Source of the DNA: Lama guanicoe
Lineage: Eukaryota
Direction of reading: 5' to 3'
Length of the DNA stretch: 64,000 nucleotides
NCBI GenBank assembly: GCA_013239625.1
Contig: MU053482.1
Location: 1,587,168 to 1,651,167 of the forward strand
Below, piece by piece: positions 1-12,867 of this stretch. The position numbers were made by a program, and so were the translations under genes. Every line of letters starts with the position of its first letter. The stretch's first letter is position 1. Under the pieces are notes generated by a model. The model searched no databases. It saw only the letters and a list, made by a program, of their open reading frames with translations, and was not told where the DNA came from.

Positions 1-2000
1 TCAAACAAATAAAGAAAAAGGAATAGAAGAGACAGAGGGGAAAACGAAGACAGAGAGTAAAGAGGAGAAGTGACTCTGAGTGGGACTAAAGGTGACAGAA
101 AAAGATTTGTGTGGTGACTGAGGCTAACGAAATGCCCCTATTCTGAATTCTTTTCTTCTCTGTATTTCTCACAGTTTTATTTCATACTGGAATAGTTAAT
201 CATGCTCATTAGAAAATACTTGAAGATAATCAGAAAATATTTTACATGGTATAAATGATCTGTAATATCATCAGTCCAGGAGAATCCATTGTAACTAACG
301 TTGAATCATTCTTTCTGTTTTTTCTACAGTGTGTATATAAATAAATTTATAATACATATAAATAAAATTAAATTTATGTTTCTGGTACAACATTAGATAA
401 AATCAGCTAAAAGGAATCTCATCAAATGAAGAGAGCATGTTTGGAGTGGTCTAATTTAAAATATGAACTGTGTGGGTCACATGAAATTCACTTTTGAGTG
501 AGTGACTCACAAAAAAATAATAATCTTGAAAACATAACCAACCATTCTCTCTGGCATCTGCAGATACTGACGTGAAGTGGAGCAGGTTTGTCTAAGTCCA
601 AGGCTTTGTGATGTGCTCCAAGCTTAGTGCAGCACAAATTTATTCATTTGTTTTATTTAGTATAGTTCTCTACTTTTGAGTTTATTGAGAAATTCAGGAA
701 GAGATAGCAGTGGTACAGTCCTGAGGGGAGGGCCTAATTTAACCAGAGGAAGTGACTGGCACCTCTAAGGACAGACTGGGTGACATATAAGTTTATTTAC
801 TTTTTTACATCCTGCTATGTTACTTTACATTATCCTGTGAGCATTCACGAAATCATGAAAAAATTCTATATGACTGTATAATCTATTCATTATGAAGATT
901 TTTTGATTTTCATATAGCCAATTATTGCAGTTCACTTGATTCGTTTCCATCTTTTCCACTGTAATTGGTAACACTTTAGGATGTTGTTTTAGATCCTCAT
1001 CTATATTTCTGATCATTATCCTTAGTTTGGGTTCCTAAAAATAAAATTCCTAGGTCAAAAAGTACAGCTGTTCTGTAAGGCTCTTTCATACATCCTGACA
1101 TCGTTTTCCAAAACTGTATAACAATTTATATTTTGAACCATATAAAGTCTAGGAGTAATTCGCAGGTCTCCAGAATTGTCATTTGCCTTAATTACGACTC
1201 CATTTGATAGGTAAAAAATGTTTATGTATTTATTTATTTATTTTTTACTGTGTGAAACGTTGTGGTTAGTAAGACCGAACATTTCCTGAACTTTGGGAAG
1301 CCATTTGTATAGTTATACCTACGTGTATCCTGTTTCGCAGTTTCAGTTTCTTGTGTAGCAATCAGGAAGGACACACAAGATAGTGGCTGAAGACAGCTTC
1401 ATGAAGGAAGCTTTTACAACAGAGGTGTGAGCAGCATTAAGGGAAAGCAGCAAGAGATGGGGGAGCACATGGGGCTAATATCGCTGGGAATCCACTCCCA
1501 CCCCTATGCCTGAGAGACATGGGGGTGGGGGCAGGGAACCAGAATCCAGAAAAATCAGTAGCTTTTTGGAAAGGGACCCCCATCAGAAGCTCTGGTTTTG
1601 GAAGAAGAACACAACCACTGCAAAATGTGTAATCCTGAAGGGAGGGAACCAGAGGAATAAATATCCTGGCTCCTCTTTCCTCCCACACCCCCTAACTGCC
1701 TGCCACATCTCCTACTGGCTGAACCCAATTGGAGTACAGAGGTCAAGGGAGCCTGGTTGACACAGTCCGTAAGGTTTAGCCTGTAACCTTAAGAAAATGT
1801 CACACAGCTGAAGGAACAAATTCTTCCAGTTAAAAATTCCATTGAATGATAAGCGTGATGAATGTAACAGAGGCTCAAATCCAGATCTCATTGAAGGAGA
1901 AGGATACGGTACATGGAGATATTGGTTCCTTATACACATCAATCCAAATATAAGTTAAAAATTTTAAGAATTTAACTCATTCAAAAACTTAACAAACCTT

Positions 2001-2171
2001 TATTTTTTTATTTTTGGGGGGAGGTAATTAGGTTTACTTTTTTTGAGGAGGAGGAGGAGGAGGTACTGGGGATTTAATTTATTTACTTATTTTTTTTGGA
2101 GGAGGTACTGGGGATTGAACACAGGACCTTGTGCATGCATATGTTCTACCACTTGAGCTATACCCTCCCCC
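2001..2171 (-). mobile_element. tRNA-derived SINE (camelid Vic-like) with an internal partial duplication
   Basis: Reverse of the GGGGGAGGGTATAGCTCAAGTGGTAG head; TSD TCAAA(A/G)ACTTAACAAAC on both sides; GGAGGAGGTACTGGGGATT occurs twice (2056-2074, 2098-2116). Confidence 0.85.
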
Positions 2172-2756
2172 TCAAAGACTTAACAAACTTAAACTTAACC
2201 CATTAAGTTACAGTGGAATGTAAATTGGTACAACCGCTTTGGAATACACTTTAACATTATCTAGAAAAATTTTAAATATGTGTAATCTAACTCTACTGCC
2301 TTCAACAATCAGCTTATTATGTTTCCATTCTAATTTGATTGTACTTTTTCCTTAATTCTGGAGATAATCGTTAAGGATAGATCATTTTCCCCCTAGAAAG
2401 ATTACTTCATTTCATGGAAGAGTATTTCAGAAGTTATCTTCACCTTCCCTTCCACCATTTTACTTCCCTTTACTAACCCATCACTCACAGTCACATCATT
2501 TGCATCCTAATATCTCCCCAATCTCTCTATTCTCCCTGTCCCTTCTGCCATCACCCCAGTCCAGCCCACCTGCCCCTCACATAGACAGCCTGAGTAGCCA
2601 GCCAGTCAGAATCTCTGTATCCACACTGTTCCTTCTAATTCATTCTCTACTCCACAACTTCTCAAAGATCTTTTCAAAATACAAATCTGTTCATGTCTGT
2701 CCTTGGCTTAAAAATTTTCAGTGGAGTATACAAGAGATTTCAATGATAACTGAAGA

Positions 2757-2883
2757 GGGGGAGGGTATAGCTCAGTGGTAAAGCATATATTTAGCATGTC
2801 CGAGGTCTCCATTAAAAAAATAAATAAACTTAATTACCTTCAGCCCCCCCCTAAAATTTTTTTAATTAAAAAATAAATAAAAT
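2757..2883 (+). mobile_element. tRNA-derived SINE (Vic-like), B-box region deleted
   Basis: GGGGAGGGTATAGCTCAGTGGTAAAG head and AATAAATAAACTTAATTACC tail. Confidence 0.75.
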
Positions 2884-5094
2884 TCAATAGCTACAAAAAA
2901 AGTGATAATTGAGTTCATTTTATTTAAAAACATTATTCAATTATAATGTGTTAGTTTGGTAGTGGTTACATGAATATTCTTCACATTCTTCCTTCTACTC
3001 CAGATGTGAAATATTTCTCACACCAGAAAAACAGCCAAAAAATTTCAAAACAAACAAAAACTAAAAATAAAATATAGCAATAGAGCCTTTCACTAGTTTT
3101 CTTAATACAGCACTAATTCCTACATGCCTGGCCCCTGCTATCTTTCCAGTCATATATCACACAGTGAATTTCTCTGGGTTCTTTGCCTGGATTTGCTTCT
3201 TGCTGCCACAGAGCCTCTGTCATTTCTGCCCATGACACTCTCTCCAACACCTACCCTCCACACACTCCCTGGTTAATTCCTACTTAAACTTCAGATTTGA
3301 ATGTAATACCACTTTCTGGGAGCAGTCTTTCTTCTCCAGCCTAGGTCAAGTTCATGTATACATACATAACATGTCTATACAGTATATACGTATAATTCAT
3401 TTGTATTATATATTCCTTCAAATGTGTATCGTGATTTGCAATGATACGCTGATTTGTGTATTATTTGACTTATGTCTTTTGCTATTTACCACAAGCCCCA
3501 TGCAGGCAGGAACAATGTCTGTTTTGTCTCCCTGTTTTAGGGTCCGGCATGGAGTGACCCCCTCAGTATACATTAGTTGAATGAAGAAGTAAATGGGACG
3601 TGATGCGTGTTGGCCATCAAAAACTTTGACCTTGGAGTTAAATGGAAAGATGCTTTATTTCCACTTCTGCTGCTTAGCCTTGGACGATAGGTAAGCTCTG
3701 CACACTTAGATGTCCTCGGGTGAAATAAAGGTCACAGGAGAGCCCAAGCTATGGGACCTTTAAGAGCATCAACTGAAAGAGCACAAAGCACTTGCCCAGC
3801 GCCCAGCTCACAGCAGGCACTCAAAGTATTATTTATTATATTTTCAAACTTCTTTATTTTTCTTCTATTGCTGCAAATTTGCCATACTGAAATGTTCTCC
3901 CTGTTTTCTCATACTCTCTTGAATGTAATTTGGTGATCTTTTAGGTGCTACTGAAACTGCTTTTCATTTCAGGCCATCTGTAAAGCATCTGAATGACACT
4001 CAGGAAGAGAGGACAGCACTGCCATTCTTCATGTCAGACCTGCCACTCTTTGGAAAGGGCTGTGCTTAGTGTGGTGCAGAACTGGGTGGGATCCACAGAC
4101 AGCAGCCCAGCAGGGAATCCTCCCGTGGCTGACAGGATGTGTCATCAAGGTAGAAAGCCTCTGTGTTCTACCCTTTGTTAGTTCCTTTCACTTCTGCTGA
4201 TTTCTCAGCACTTGTTTCAAGGGAAAGATAGCGGTGTTTTGCTTATAGATTTGTTTTGTTTTTACCTTAGATCCCAGTGCTTACATTAGACAACTCTTCA
4301 AGCTTCAAAGTGTTAGCTTGGGAGAACGCTATCGCTTTTTACTTGGAGTTGATACTGATCAAGTTGTCAGAAATCCACGACTGACTGGGACTGTCTGAAG
4401 TTGAGCCAACTTCTCCGAGTGACAGCCTTACTAACATCTGTGGCGGCAACAGAGGCTCAGGGAAGGGGAACATCTGGATTTAAAGTAGACTTTAATTACA
4501 TCCCACACCCCTGCTCTCGACCAATGTTTAACCCCAGGGAAAGGCTCAAAAGTGTGACTTTGTTAGAAAGTCAGGAGTCATTTTAACCTAATTGCTCCCT
4601 CATCGGCGCTTAGCACTGACACCTAAACCTGTAAGAATGAACTCATAGTCCCTGATTCCTGACACTGTTCACCCTTGGTAAGTGCCCCCCAGAGGACCTG
4701 AACACTCTTCCTAATTTCAGTAAATGTTTTCAGGATCTTGGCTGTGGAGTTAATGTTTAACAAGTTCCAGAGGAACCAATTTCCTGCATGAGGAAACTTC
4801 CTTACCAAGTTCCCTAATTATTCCCAGACAGTCATCGCCCTGTGAAATCCAGTGGCCTAGGGAGGTTGTTAATAGGCCACAGGTGTCGGCTACAGATGAG
4901 TTACCAAGGAAACAGATCAACTGTACAGAGAGGCATGTCTGACACTGAGAGACCAGGGACCTGTAAGCACATGTATTTCTGCTGCCTTTTGTTTTCTTTT
5001 AGCAGGAGGGTAGGGTGGGTAATGCCAAGTAAGGCAGGACACACGTCCTCCTCTTAAAATCATTGAGAAACTGCCTACAGTAAATTCTCTAAAC

Positions 5095-5599
5095 CACCAT
5101 TCTCAAACGTTTGTAGTTTCAGGACCCCTTTACACACTGAATTTATAGAGAACCTCAAAGAGTTTTTGTGTATACATACAGATTGTATTAATTGATATTT
5201 ACTATTTTAGAAATTAAAAATTGACATTTAAAAAATATTTATTTATTAACTCATTTTAAAAGGACAATAATTACCCACTACATGTTAACAGAAATGATAT
5301 ATTTTGATAGAAAATAATTATATTTTCAAAAAATATTTAGAAGAGTGGCACCTTTACATTTTTGCAAATCTCTTTAATATTTGGCTTAATAGGAAACAGC
5401 TGAATTCTCATATCTGCTTTGGCATTCAACCTATTATGATATAATGTATCATGTAGCTTCTGGAAAATTCTATATGGGAGAAAGAGATAAAGGCAAATAA
5501 TATTTTAATATTATTATGAAAATAATTTTGACCTCACAGGACCCCTAAAAGGGTCTCAGGGTATCCTTAAGTTCCCCAAAGCAACTTTAAGAACCACTG
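5095..5599 (-). mobile_element. hAT-Charlie (Charlie1-family) non-autonomous DNA transposon
   Basis: Imperfect TIRs CACCATTCTCAAA / TTAAGAACCACTG; perfect 8-bp TSD CTCTAAAC (5087-5094, 5600-5607); right end matches the recalled Charlie1 5' end. Confidence 0.8.
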
Positions 5600-6330
5600 C
5601 TCTAAACAAAATCACAGTTAAAATTGGTCATTGAATAGCTTTATACCTGAACAAAATATAAACAAAACAGTAGACCAAGAGAAAAGCTTCAGTTATTAAG
5701 ATGGAAGTGTCTGTGCCCTACTCTTGTCAGGTACTGCTTTAGGCCACCCCAGCCTCATCCTGGGACATCTTTATCATGATGTCTGGGGTGATCTGTCCCT
5801 GTTTCTGGATAATGAGAAAAGCAGAGAAATAGTCCACCTAGAAGACCTAACACCAAAAACAGATTAGCTATAATTTTATTTTGGAACATGACTTGATATA
5901 CTGTAAATTGCCAGATATCATAAGTCCAGAGCTTATTAGCAAAGACTATAGTACCATTTAAAAAGCACTTAATAATTAGAAACAGCAATAACAAAGACTG
6001 AAAGCATTTTCATGAGCAGTGAATGCCTGGTTTTTCCCCTCTTACGGCCTAGCTGAGAAGTCAAAGGAAGGGGAAACATGAACTTTTTAAAGTGAATTGC
6101 CTTTCTTCTTAGTTCCCAAGAGAAACTGTATCTTACACCCAAATTACTCACATTAATGGAATCATTTTTAAGTTAATTTACTTTTATTTGAAGTCACCAA
6201 CTGACAGTCCATTTGCTGTGAAGTCGCCTCGGCTTCAGCCCACATCTGGGTCTTTTCCAGCCACACTTGAGTACAAAGATAAAAACTGGAGGTGGCTGAC
6301 TAGAAGTGGGCACTCTTGTGATTGGTCTGG

Positions 6331-6748
6331 GCGTTACCGAACGCAAGTTTATGTGCCGGATGCAGAGAAGCCAAACAAACCAAAATGCTGGCATTTGGAG
6401 CAGAGAAACGTTTACTACAGGGCTCATGCTCAAAAAACCCCGAACCCCCTGAAGGGTTTCAGCAAAGCATTTTTAAAGGCCAGCTGAGGGAGGGGCGTCC
6501 CAGGGCATATGGTCAGCTGTACACAATTCTCTGGTTGATGATCGTCAATCATTAGGTGCCAGAAGTTCTGGGGGCTACGTGCTCATGATCATCAAGTAGT
6601 TAATTTCTTCCATTTGGTGGTGGTTTTAGCATCTGAAAAACTCAGGATATACACATCAGACACAATTTTCTAGGTAGTTCAGAGAAGAGCTTAAGCAGAG
6701 GGTATGAGGGAAGGGTCTGTCCCAGGGAGGCCCCATAGGGTCCTTACA
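6331..6748 (-). mobile_element. ERV solo LTR (ERV1-like)
   Basis: (C/T)GTTACCGAA...CCTTACA termini and LTR-like composition; family not assignable by eye. Confidence 0.5.
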
Positions 6749-6971
6749 TGGCTTTCTCTGGTTGCCCTAAGTTGGAGGGGTCAGTGATTAAAAAAAAAAA
6801 AAAGGAAATGGCACTTGTTGACCAAAAATTAGGGAAACTGGCAGTTGTTGAATATGTCCTGACTGTTCTGAGCTGATTGCAGTACAGCATGTGGGTCACA
6901 GCTCTATAGTTTACATGATCTGACAGTTGTCTATTCAGTCTCCCCATTTATTTATAATTATCAGTTCTAAC

Positions 6972-7605
6972 TGATGCAGGAAAACAGACGTGGGGCGTGA
7001 GGAGGGCCGTATCCCAGGCTCCGGTTGAGCTTCTGGGATGTGCCCCGCCAAGTGTGGGTCTTTGGCTTCATGCAGGAAAGAATTCAAGAGCGAGCCACAG
7101 TTGAGTAAAGGTAGATTTATTCAGAGAGATATAGTGAAAGGCAAGAGAAAGGCCACAAGGTATGGGGGTTGGGTGCTCAGATTAAAAGTAGGTACACGTT
7201 TCATAGACAGAGAGTGGGCCGCCTCTGAAGAGGGAGACAGAGAGGCCATGTTGCCAGTTTTTATGGGCTTGGTGCTAATTATGCTATGGGCTATTATGCT
7301 AATAAGTGGAAGGATCAGTCTAAGTAGCCTGGGGAAGGGGCTGGGATTCCCAGGAAGTTAGCCATTTCCCACTCTTTGACCTTTTGTGGCTAGCCTTGGG
7401 ACTGCCATGGTGCCTGTGGGCATGTAATTCACCATGTTAATATATTACAATGAACGTATAATGAAGCTCAAGATCTACTAGAAGTTAAATCTCTCATCAT
7501 CTTGAGCCTCAAGGCCTACTGAGGGTTGAATCTTTCACCATTTTGATGTTAATTGCTGTAGGATTCCTTGAATGGCTGTGCCCTGCTCCCTTTCATCCTG
7601 TCTCG
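6972..7605 (-). mobile_element. ERV1-class solo LTR
   Basis: TG...CG(CA) termini with 4-bp TSD TAAC (6968-6971, 7606-7609); reverse polyA signal (TTTATT) and GAAAGAATTCAAGAGCGAGCC motif. Confidence 0.7.
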
Positions 7606-8666
7606 TAACCTGTGACATGCTTGCTCCTCGTTTTATCCTGGTGGCTGGGAAAAAACAAAAAAGTCACCAGCAACATTAAGCTTTACATTCTCTCTTAGTT
7701 GAGTTCATCAAAGAAGAATAAGACTTTCTTCTCTAGAATTTCTAGGAGGAAAAAGCTGACCCCTTGTATTTTCTGGCTCTGACTGTATCATATTCTGCTC
7801 TTAAACCAACCACAGTGTGAGCAGCAGAAATTGTGGTCTGCAAGCATTTGAGCTGAGTGGAGGAAAAAAACCCAAACAAAATTTGTGGCTATTTTTTGTT
7901 TGAATATTAGGGTCATATTCAATAAATATCTATGGCAGAAGTAAATGAATGCTAGTGAGGTTGGCCTCAGACTTTCAAACACTGAGTATCAGAACAAAAT
8001 GACAATAGTCTCTGACTGCTAAGAAAAACTAATTGTGATCAAAAGCAATGTCACTAAGACAAGTTGTCATACATGTGTGAAGGCAACAAAACCACATTCT
8101 CAGTTGTGCAATTACTTTTAAAAATATTCCACCCATTTATTCTTCTCAAAAATAATCACTCTGGTCATTCATTAAAACTATGAACTCAAGAATGGTGACA
8201 TTTAGTTAAAAAAAAATAGAGATGTAGACTCTCCAACAGGACCATCAGAGCTTGAGCTGACCCAGCTGCCAACTCATAGTAAGAATCCTCAAGGGAAATG
8301 GCATTTCAGCTAACCATATTTGCTTAAAATTCTGAAGTAAAGAGCCTTCAAGAATGTGAGTAGAGTGTTTAATATTCATTATGGAATCTATATGAAGTTA
8401 AGGCCAATGATTTAATTACTAACTATTAGCCTTCATTATGAAAATAATCGCATCATTGCAGAGAAGAAATTCCTCTCATAGGCTCTTTCCTGCAGGCACA
8501 ACCTGTCATCAGATTCCAGTTCAGATTGTACTTTTTAAATATATAGATAAATACCAAAATATTGGTTGGTTGACTTCAGGTCATGAGGCTTCTACCAAAT
8601 TTCTTTAATGATCAAGCATTACATTTCAATAAAAAATAGACAGTAAACATCCTTCCAGAATACCCA

Positions 8667-9086
8667 TGAATTAGTTTGCTGGGACTGCCATAACAAAGCA
8701 CCACACACTGTGTGGCTTAAACAACAAAAACTGATCATCTCACAGTCCTGGAGGCTAGAAGTCCAAAGTCAAGCTGTCAGCAGGGTTAATTCCTTCTGAA
8801 GGCTGCGAGGGAAGGATCTGTTCCAGGACTCTCCTTGGCTTGCAGATGGCCGTCTTCTCCCTATGTCTCTTCACATTTTCTTCCCTTTCTGTACATGTCA
8901 GTACCCAAATTTCCCCTTTTTTATAAGGACACTAGTCACATCGGATGAGGGCCCACCTTGATGATCTCACTTTAACTTGATTGCCTCTGTAACGACCCTA
9001 TTTCCAAATAAGCTTCTCATGTAAGGTGGGGCCAGGGTAGGACTTCAACTTATGAATTGGTGGTGGACACAATTCAATCTGTAACA
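8667..9086 (-). mobile_element. MLT1-family (ERVL-MaLR) LTR
   Basis: TTAGTTTGCTGGGACTGCCATAACAAAGCACCACA..GGCTTAAACAAC..CTGGAGGCTAGAAGTCCAA hallmark; ends ACACAATTCAATCTGTAACA. Confidence 0.8.
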
Positions 9087-9273
9087 ATTGTATTTAATGA
9101 TAACTGTAGAAATACGCAAGATATCGGTGTACTTCAGGCTCTAAGAAATTACACAGTCCTAATCAGTGATGACACAGAATTAAGAAACAATCATCTTGCT
9201 GCTTCTCAGGACCTTGGCATCACAGGGCTTCCTGTGGCACTGCTGCCCTTTCAGGACTTCAGGGAACTAGGCT

Positions 9274-9941
9274 GTTGTCATCTCTAGTTCCTCACAGCTG
9301 TTCTGGCTCGCCCGCTGCTCAGGGGAAGTAAATAAGGCTTGGTTATCAGAGAGTAGGTTCTTGTCTCACGGCAGAAAGAATTCAGAGAAGAGACACAGAG
9401 GTCAAGAAAGCAAGGTGAGGATTCACTAAGGGATCGTACACTCTCAAGGGGAGAGCGGGCAGACACAGGTGAGTACCTGCGCTGAGTTTCTTTGGCAAGC
9501 TGGTTATATAGGGTGGGAAAATGAATGCACAAAATATTCATCGAGGAGGGAGGGGTTTGGGGATCATATCTCCTGATTTTCATCCCAGCTCCACCTCCCC
9601 AAAGGGAGGGGGGATTTTTGTCCTTATTTTGTCTTGATGGAAATTGTCACTCTGTGGGTGCATGATGGGTACTTCTACCTGCAAGGCTAATTTTATTGTA
9701 ATGAGGACATAATGAGCAAAAGGTTACATTTGGACACCAGAGACTCCTGCCTTTTCCCACGTTTCTTTGTCTGCCTCCAGGACCCTTGTCGCCCCAAAAT
9801 GTGTGGTTTCCTGTCAGTCTGGAGGTTCCTGCTTTTCTCTGTCTGCCCAAGGACCTCTGCTGTTCACAAGCTGTATGGTTTCCTGTCTTTTGACCCGCGC
9901 CCCACTTTCTGTGTTCACATCTAGCACTCTGCCTGCTCTAA
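9274..9941 (-). mobile_element. ERV solo LTR (ERV1-like)
   Basis: TGTT...AACA termini; shares GAAAGAATTCA and related motifs with the LTR at 6972-7605. Confidence 0.55.
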
Positions 9942-10859
9942 CAGCTTGGCTGACAGTTGTTGATTAGACATATAACACAGCCATCCCTAGAAATCCATTT
10001 TGTCCTGTTCTTACTGGCTTTAGTTTATTTGTTTGGCAGATACTGAGCACTTGCCGTAAAGCATTTTGTTGACAGAGCACAGCAGTTGAGCGTTTCTCTG
10101 ATCTTCTCCCTGGCATTTGGAGTCCCTCTGGAGGCCGTAAGGAGATTTGCAGAACCTACCCTTTTATGCCAGCTACCATGATCTCCAAATCGCAGCTTAG
10201 AGTGGTTGCTTTCTGCCTTCTCTGGAACTACGCACATACTTGTGAAAAGCTATGGGTGTAGCCCTGATCTGCACTACCTTGTGAAACAGTGCCTGGTAAT
10301 CTCCACATTTTATACAATGAAAAACTGGTCCTGTTTAGACCTCAGGGAAACAGAAGGGCCATGCTTTTGAGTCAGTGATGGCATTTTCCTAGCAGAGCCC
10401 TTGAAAATAAGCCAGCTTGGCACAACCATAACTAAAATGCAGGTTTGGTTCAGCAGGCTACTTACGTATATGGTAGGACCAGATAAAACTGTGTTGCTAC
10501 AGCCAACAAAGAGAAAAAAAGAAATTAGCAGAGCAGCAATGCCTCCTCAGATCCTCAGCCTACTCAGATATACAGTAAAGTATATCTCCTTATCCTCTGG
10601 ATCTGCCCTGTCACAAGGCGTCCCAAGACCCTATGTCATTATGCAAAGGAAAGGACAGGTCTGTGACCTGTTGGCAGGGAGCAAGTCAAGGGACTTCAGA
10701 AACCCAAAAGGCTCCTTATTTTAAGAAGCTGACTGCAGCATTTGACATGTCTTCATGTGTCGCATGTCACAGGCTGTATTACTTTGATAAGGCTGTGTAT
10801 TAGTGAAAAGCCTCAGTTTTCTATTTGTGTTAGCCTAGAGTGAGACCCCTAAATTAGGA

Positions 10860-11710
10860 GGCCCACCAAAGTGTGGCTCCTTGCCTGCCAGCTGGAAAGA
10901 ATGCACAGCTGAAGCAGAGGGACAGAGTGCAAGCTGCTTTTATTTCTCCAAAGAGAAAAAGAAAGGAAAGTGCTTGAGCAGGGAGAAGAAAAATGCACAA
11001 GGGAGGATAAGGCACTCCAGCCCCTAGGGAGCCGTCAGCTAAGGTGGCTGGTAGGGACAGCTCCGGCCCAGGTCGGGCCACGTGGACTTTTATGGGAGGC
11101 TTCTGCCTTCGTGTTCTCCTTCCTGGTGTGATTGATCCAATCAGTCCTTGTACAGGCTTTTCAGTCCTTGAGTGGGCTTTTCCAGTGGTTGTCATGGCAA
11201 TCATCAACTGTCTTGGTGCTGGTGAGTGGGTCACTTAGCATGTTAATAATTACAACAGGTGTATTATGAGGCTCAAGGTCCACTAGAAGTCAAATCCTCC
11301 ACCATCCTGGACTCCATTAGTTCTAACCAGTTCTTGTTTCTTCTCTGCAGCTGCCTCCTAAGACTTAGGTAAGAGTAATTGGTTTCTAGTTGAGGAAGGG
11401 GCAGGAGTATGGTCCTAAGGGTAACATCCGTGGTAACAAATGGAAAGTTGCTTTTAACCAGTATACCTGCAACCTGATGGACCCAGCCTCTCCCTCAAAA
11501 CACCATTTCCAAAGATTCTGTTCATCCATGAAAAGTTTAAAGGGAAGTAGGGAAGTAATCTCAGTTAATCATTGAGGTGGGTTGTCAGAGTCCTCCCCCA
11601 ATGCCTGCAGGCTTGTCCTATTCGCCTGCTTGCGCCTGCTCTTCTCTGACTCAGGGAGACCTGGGAGACGTCAGCTTTTCCATAAACAAGAGGCAGGGGG
11701 TGGGGCACAG
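10860..11710 (-). mobile_element. ERV LTR-like segment
   Basis: Shares the block CATGTTAATAATTACAA..GAGGCTCAAGGTCCACTAGAAGTCAAATC with the LTR at 7430-7500; boundaries approximate. Confidence 0.45.
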
Positions 11711-11728
11711 GGTCCTGCTCTTTTTCAC

Positions 11729-12240
11729 TTGTTATTGTTCTTTACGCTCACACTTCACTACCACATTCACAACACTTCACTTCACTTCGGACATTTCTGG
11801 TCACCAAATGTATAGGGTTTTTTCCTCCACACCGAGGAATTTTCCGTGTCACCATCCTACGATTTAACTCAATTCTAACACTGTCAGGAGATAGTGTCGG
11901 GTCCCACAGTAAGGGCTCAGTCCTACAAAACTGCTCTCACCCCACTTCAGATGCCCATCACAAGTAGAAGTTCCCCAGGTTACCCAAAACTTCTGCCCAA
12001 CTTAGCTACAAATCAGATGTTCCCATGGCCCCCTCCTTGGGTTCAGTTAATTTGCTACAGCAACTCACAAAAATCAGGGAAGCATTTACTTATACTTACC
12101 AGTTTATTAAAGGATATGATAAAGAGCACAGATGAACAGCCAGATGAAAAGTGCACAGGGTGAGGTCTGGGAGGGTCCTGAGCACAGGAGCATCACTCTC
12201 CCAGTTTGTGGATGTGTTCACCAACCAAGAAGCTTTATCA
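11729..12240 (-). mobile_element. MER21-family LTR (partial)
   Basis: AACTCAATTCTAACAC..CACTTCAGATGCC..GCAACTCACAAAAATCAGGGAA; reverse-complement similarity to 45640-45880. Confidence 0.6.
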
Positions 12241-12867
12241 TCTAGGCATGATATCATGTGGATTATAATCTCTGTAGGTCCCTGAATAGAGCCAGCGTAG
12301 TCCTCTCAATAAATAGGTGTTCTTTTCACCTCATTCATGGACAGATTTTCACTCAAAAATTAAAAAGCTCATCTTTTTATTTGTTGGCTTCTTGAAGCTC
12401 AAACCAGTCAGTGGGGCAGTATAGGTTTTCAAAATGAATCTAAAATTGTAAATATCATTTTTTAAGGTATTAAGATAATGTTGATGAAAGTCAAACTTAA
12501 CAGTTGATTTCATCCATCAAAACCACATTATGAAAGCTGTTCTGCAGAAGTTAGAGCAACAATATTTATGAATGTACATAACTAGGTTCTTTACTTAGCA
12601 TTCTCTAAAGGGACAAAACATTTACACACAATGTATGAACACCAACAAATAATTTTTTGAAGAATTTGTGCTGTACCCAGTAGTAAGGAAAATTATGCGT
12701 CTATGAAAAAGAATAAAACATTAATACATAAAGATGTCCCTTATATATTGTCACATTTGTTGAACTCAAAAATCAAGCATACTCACACCAAAAATGCAAA
12801 CTGTTTCCATCATTTATTCAATTTAAATAAAGTTCAACAGAGCAGTGACCAAATATCACACGGCTTC

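Noticed and set aside
9990..10800. Apparently unique segment with ORFs of 70-107 aa, considered as an OR or other pseudogene
   Set aside because: No recognisable protein motifs in the frames I read.
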